Source: an uncultured Phycisphaerales bacterium (GTDB lineage: Bacteria; Planctomycetota; Phycisphaerae; Tepidisphaerales; Tepidisphaeraceae). Taken from it: a stretch of 64,000 nucleotides of DNA. Positions 58,521 through 64,000 of this stretch are shown here, piece by piece; position 1 is the stretch's first letter, and each line of letters begins with the position of its first letter. The position numbers and the translations under genes were made by a program. Where the stretch lies: positions 4,448,001-4,512,000 of the forward strand of contig CAVWVQ010000003.1 in NCBI GenBank assembly GCA_963758525.1, written 5' to 3'. Below the pieces are notes generated by a model, which worked only from the letters and a program-made list of their open reading frames with translations, was not told where the DNA came from and made no database searches.

Positions 58521-61500
58521 CAGCTCCACGCCCGGCGCTGTGTCCAGCGAGAGTTCGCGCTCGACCATCTGTCCATCGAGCCAGAACTTGAGCCTGGGAG
58601 TTTGACTGAGCTTTCCGTGAAAGCGCAGCAGTTCGAGTTTATCCACTGCGCTGTCGAACGAATCCTTGGAGACCACATTCACCGGGCCATACGCGACGAC
58701 AATTGCGCCGATCCGCAGGCCGATCGAGGCGGCGGTCGATCCGGGCTGCACGCTGGTGACCATCGCGCCCGATGATGGCGCGGGCACGCGCTGCTGATCG
58801 GCCGGATTGCGCTGCAACACGGGATCGCCCAGCAGCACCGCCTCGCGGGCGTAGGTTTTCTGGCCGCGATCCGGCTCCTGACGACGAAGCTCCAGCAGCG
58901 CCGCCGCTGACGGTCCGTAGCAAAGAAGCGGGCCGGCGTCGAGCCAGTAGGTATTGTCTTTGGCGCTGGAAGCGTGCATAGCGGAAGTTTGCGGCCTTTG
59001 GACGACCAGCATTTCTATCGGCAGGCCGCTCATTGCCGAGTCCGGAACCACGTAAACAATCTGGTCGTCCTTGATCTGGTTCCAGACTTGCTCGGGCATC
59101 AACTCGCGGAAGAGTTCATATCCCTCGGCTGGGATGTCGGATTGGGGGCGAGTTGCAGGCTCGGTCTGCGCGATCCTGAGGCCGCGCACCGAATCCAGAC
59201 CATGCTGCACCACGGCGCGGCGGTAGTTGCCGATCAACCCACCAATCCGGCTGCCCGATAGCGGCGTCCTCCCATCTGATTGGACCAGGGACATACCAAT
59301 GATCGGCTGACCGGAAGGGGGAACGACCAGGAGGACCGCGTCATAACGTGTAATCGAATACATCAGAAGATGCTGATGCGGCTGCAGCAGAGATTGAATC
59401 TGCACCGAAGTGGTTGCCTCGGTGAACGTCGTCCGACCGGCAAGGTTGAATTTACGGCGATGGGCGTCGGCGTATTGCTGGCATGCCAGGTTCAACTGCG
59501 GCTGGAGCTGTTTGATTTGCGCGAGTCCTTCGTCACTGTTGAGCGATCGCGCGTGATTGATCTGCGAAGTCAACTGCCGAACCTGGTCGTCGGCAACATT
59601 CAAGGCGGTTCTGGCTTCGGCGATGCGCTGCAATTCGCCAGTATCGTTGGCGAGCCTGGCTTTCTTCTCCAGAGGATCGAGCAGATCGCCGTTTGTGAGC
59701 CGCTCTCCCCGTTCGAGGATATCGAGCAGGCTCTTGGCGCGTCCGCGATCCAGGTATTCCGCCGCGGAGTCCGCGTGCCCCAATGCGAGCTGCGCAGGAC
59801 CATCCCGCTGAACGGGTCTATGTCGCGATTGGCGCTCATGAAACCCATGCGGTCCTGATCGTCGCCCCCCAGCGTCGTTCTGGCTTGTTCCAAGGCGTCG
59901 ATCGATTCCTCGTACGCCTTGGCGGCGCCCGCGAAATCGTGCGAGTAGAAGAGCATATCTCCCAGAACGCAGCAGTCGCGGAACAGATCAGGGCTCCCGA
60001 GTCGCTCGGCCATCTGAACGCAGGCGCGGGACAGCGGAATTGCCTCCTTCGTGCGCCGCAGGATCGCCAGCTCATACGCGACGTCGTTCATGCTCGAGAC
60101 AATTTCGGGATGGTCCTGATCGCCATAGATGCGACGCCGCATTTCCAGCGCCGCCTGATGAAACGGCAGCGCGTCTGCGAAGCGGCCGAGATCACACAGA
60201 CAACTTCCAACGGAATTGAAGCTGTCAGCCAACTCCGGGTGATTCTGGCCTTTGTAGATGCGCCCGCGCATCTGAAACGCGGCCAGATGCATCGGCAGCG
60301 CCTGTGCCGAACGGCCCAGGCTGTCGAGGCACGCCGCGACGCTGTCCATGCTCTCGGCGACATCGGAGGAATCCTTCCCTTCCGCAAGCCGCTGCCGCAT
60401 CCGCAGGGCGGCCTGGAGCATCGGCAGCGATTCAGCCTCGCGTCCCAGGGCGCCGATGCACTGCGCGACGTTGCTCATGTCCGTCGCCAGATCCCGATGA
60501 TCTTTGCCGTTCTGCAGGCGCTGCTCCATTTGCATCGCGGCTTCGTACATCGGAAGCGCTTCGGCGCTGCGACCCAGGTTATCCAGGCAGGAGGCCAGGT
60601 CATTGAGGCTTGCGGCGATATCGAACGCGTCACGCCCTCCGAAAGTCCGCCGCCTCATGTCCAGAACGGCGCGGAACATCGGCAGCGCCTCGGCGCTGCG
60701 CCCAGATCGTCAAGACAGCCGGCAACGTCCTCCTCGGTCTGCGCCACATCCCAAAAATCCACGCCTTTGTGAAGGCGTCTGCGCATTTCAAGCTCCGCCT
60801 GATACACAGGCAGAGCCTCAGCGCTGCGGCCCAGATTCTTCAAGCAGGTGGCAACATCGTCCTGGCTCTGCGCCAGATCGAATTGGTCGCGACCGCCACA
60901 AAGACGGCGTTTCATTTCAAACGCGTCCTGGAACGGCTTGAGCGCCTCGTCATATCGCTCCAGCGCGGTCAGACACTTTCCAAGCGTCTGGAATTCGTTG
61001 GCGATCGAAGCGTCATCCTTTCCCTTGAGAATGCGCTGCTGCATCGCCACGCCGTCCTGGCAATACTGCAAAGCTTCCTCGTCGCGGTTCAGACTGTGGA
61101 GGCACCAGCCGAAGTTGCTCATGGCAAGTCCGAACTCCAGGCGGTCCTGCTTTTGGTAGAGCCGCTGGCACATCTCCAATGCCGCCGCGAATCTTGGCAG
61201 CGACTCATCGAGCCGGTTCAATCGCGCGAGGCACCATGCCTCGCCGGTCAGACAGCGGGACACGTCAGGGTTGTCCTGCTTGCCATAGACCTTCTGATAG
61301 AGAGCGAGCGCTGACTGATCCTCATTGAACGCGCTATCGAACTTGCCCATCGTCCACGCCGCGTTGGCCGATGCCCAATGGGCGCGGGCCTGCGCGAGTG
61401 CTGCGTCGCGGTCGGTTGGGGCGGGCTGGGTTGATGAAGCGGAGGTTCCCTCATCTGCTGATGCAATCGCCGGCAGCGGCAACTGGATGCCGATGCAGGC

Positions 61501-61782
61501 GATCATGCAAAGGAGCACGCTTGCGAGAAATTGTTGAACTCTGTTTAGCCGCGCCGCGCAACGAAGCGTGTCCAGCGGCGCAGTCTGACGGGCGCCGTTC
61601 GGAGCCAAGCCCTCCCCCGGAGTACCAGTGGACGGAGAAAGAGTTGTCGGGGCCGTAGTAGTTACCAGCGCCCGAAAGATCGGGCACGCATGCGGCGTAA
61701 TTCCGTGCTTGAATGACGTAATCTTCATCCAATGCTCATGGAACGAATGGTTCCCAATTCGCCAGCGCGTTGGCGATCTCAA
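57789..61782 (-). CDS. Signal-peptide TPR-CHAT protease Y with PDZ-like insertion; frameshifts near 60695 and 59790; start uncertain
   Basis: VLLCMIACIGIQLPLPAIASA signal; TPRs; GAMVTSVQPGSTAASIGLRIGAIVV (PDZ); HLATHG, LSACDS. Confidence 0.88.
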
Positions 61783-64000
61783 TTCGGATCACCCAGATAG
61801 ATGAACGGCGCCCAGAAAAACGGCTCGGGGTAATCCAGCTTCAACTGCTTGCGGGCGGCGGTGAACGCCGAGAGCTTGTTGGTTCCCGGCGCTGCCCGCA
61901 GATCGGCGTAAAACTTTTGCATCAGCTCGGCAGTGCTCGCATCCTGCACTTCCCACAAACTGGCGACCACCGCGGGGCTGCCGGCGTACATGAATCCCCA
62001 GGGCAATCCGAAGACGCCTTCGCCGCCGCGGGCGTTGGTTCCCTGGGCGTCGAGCCCCTGCGAATCGCAGGCGCTGAGCACCACGAGCTCGGTTCCATCC
62101 AACCGGCCCCACCAGTGATCGAACAAATCCTGCAGCGTGAGCAGGCCGGTATCCTGCGGAGTGATGACCAGCGGCTGACTCAAGACGACGCTGCTGTAGA
62201 TCGCGTTGGCGCCCGGCTCCACCAGGCCGTGGGTGGCCAGGTGGAGGTAACGCGTTCCCTTTGCAGCCTCGGCGAGGCGCTGGCCGGTGGCGTCTTCGCC
62301 CAGGAGCACCATCACCGGATCGTCGGCGTGCTGCGCGTAGGCCTTGCCGGTGAGCACCTGGTAAATCCCCTGCACTTCCCGGCGGGTGCCGGGAAGGGGA
62401 GTCAGCGCGCCGTAGCGCGTGAGGCTCGCATCGCGCAGCGCGACCGAACTCGGCTCTGGTTTTTGCGGAGACGGCGTCAGTTGCGCCGCCAACTCCGGAC
62501 TCATGTCCTTCAGCTCGACTCCCGGGCTCGACTCAATCGGCAGATCACGCTCCAGCATCTGCCCCTCGAGCCAGAACTTCAGCTTTGGAGTTTGGTCGAG
62601 CTTTCCGTGAAAATGAAGCAGCGCGAGCTTGTCAACTGCCGTATCGAACTGGTCCTTCGAGCCAACTTCGATCGACCCGTAGCCCACGATCACTGCGCCG
62701 CGCGGAGTCCGATTCCCTCCCCGGTCGAACCCGCCTGCACGCGCGTTACCAGCGCGCCGGACTGCGGCGCCGGCAGACGCGGTCGGGCATCATCATTCCG
62801 CTGCAGGACAGGATCGCCGAGCAACACCGCTTCGTGCGCGTAGGTTCTTCCCTCCCGATTGGTTTCCTGTCTGCGCAGCTCGAGCAATGCGGCCGCGGAC
62901 GGGCCGTAGCAGAGCAGCGGGCCGTGGTCGAGCCAGTAAACGTTATCCCTGGCGTCCGCGGTTCTCGGCTTTTGCGTGATCAGCATCTCCAGCGGCAGCC
63001 CGCTCATCGACGCGTCGGGCACCACGTACACCAGGGAGTCGCGCTGAATCTCCCGCCAGACGGCGTCGGGCAAGAGCTGGCGGAACAGTTGATACCCTTC
63101 ATCGGAGGTGTCTTGCGTCGGATGCGTTGTCGCTTCGGTCTCGGCCAATCGCACTCCGCGAATCAGATTCATTCCGCGCTGCACGACCGTCCTGCGATAA
63201 CTTTGAATCAGTCGCTGAAGCGATTCTCCCGAAAGGCGCGTCTTGCCGTCGGCTTCCGTCAGATACATTCCGCTGATCGTCCCTCCCGGCGGCGGAATCA
63301 GCAGCACGACGGCGCTTCGAGGGGTGATCGAATACATCAGCAGATGCTGCCCCGGCTGCACGAGAGATTGAATCTGAAGCGACGTCGTTGCCTCGGTAAA
63401 TGTCGTCCTTCCGGCGAGGTTGAATTCCTGCCGGTGAGCGTTGGCATACTCCTGCCAGGCGGTGTTCAGTTTCGGCTGCAACTCTCTGATATCTTGCAGC
63501 CCCTGGGCGTTATTCATCGCGCGGGCATGGTTAATGCGCGAGGTGAGCTGCCGCACCTGATCCTCCGCCGCCGCCAGTGCCGTTCGATCGCCGAGGATCA
63601 GCTTCAGTTGCTGCTTGTCGTTCGTAAGCCTGGCCTTCTTCTCCAGGGGATCGAGCAGATCGCCATCGGAAAGGCGTTCCCCGCGCTCGAGAATATCGAG
63701 CAGGCTCTTGGCTCGTCCGCGATCGAGATACTCCGCGGCGGTGTCCGCGTGCCCCAGTTCGAGTTGCGCCCGGACCATGCCGCCAAACGGATCGCGTGAC
63801 TGCATGGTGGAACTCATGAATCCCATCCGGTCCTGATCGTCGCCGCCCATGGTCGCGCGGAACTGCTCGAGCGAATCGATCGATTCCCCGAATTCTTTGG
63901 CCGCTTCGGCTGCGTGACCGGTCATCAGGAGGATGACTCCCAGATCGTTGCAGTAGTTGAATAAGTCAGGACTTCTGAGCCGCTCGGCCATCGCATTCGC
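61779..64000 (-). CDS. TPR-CHAT protease Z with PDZ-like insertion (5' end beyond window; frameshift near 62700)
   Basis: AAEYLDRGRAKSLLD, YVVPDASMSGLPLE, GALVTRVQAGSTGEGIGLR, HLATHG, LSACDS. Confidence 0.88.

Noticed and set aside
55500..61300. About 129-bp periodic repeats as a DNA repeat array or DGR
   Set aside because: They are protein-level TPR repeats; no reverse transcriptase and no adenine-specific variation
57782..62510. 740-bp duplication as a DGR template/variable pair
   Set aside because: Differences are synonymous and not confined to A positions; both copies are coding
53676..64000. CHAT genes as CRISPR-associated Csx29 or gasdermin-linked proteases
   Set aside because: No cas or gasdermin-like gene in the window, and signal peptides imply export; the region beyond 64000 is unseen

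Overview
GC-rich bacterial window, most likely Planctomycetota (Phycisphaerae/Tepidisphaera-like). This rests on a planctomycete 'LE.LE.R.LL' secretion motif, a PEP-CTERM gene and the REP-like repeat families. Many long genes carry single-base frameshifts, best explained as long-read assembly errors. Contents in order: an outer-membrane barrel; a MacAB-TolC-type efflux operon; an arsenic operon (arsR-arsC-arsC'-acr3-arsM) whose second arsC is split by an intact IS630; a toxin-antitoxin-rich zone around katG (Imm31/Ntox17-like, BrnT/BrnA-like, MazEF) with a duplicated katG 3' end; and a leader-peptide attenuator, acceptor-stem-defective tRNA(CAU), structured spacer and slipin (SPFH) gene. Then follow three tandem atypical Clp/Hsp100 ATPases, two ending in a GGQ-less release-factor-like domain, several secreted proteins, and a class III cyclase divergent from a cNMP-domain ABC exporter. 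The window ends with two paralogous secreted multi-repeat 'DGPG..Y' peptide genes with a shared promoter/leader, converging on a tandem array of at least three TPR-CHAT caspase-like proteases, two of which have visible signal peptides. The best candidates for under-described systems are the peptide/CHAT(/cyclase/ABC) locus, the Clp-RF triad and the attenuator-pseudo-tRNA-slipin unit. All family calls are by eye, from motifs; no searches were run.
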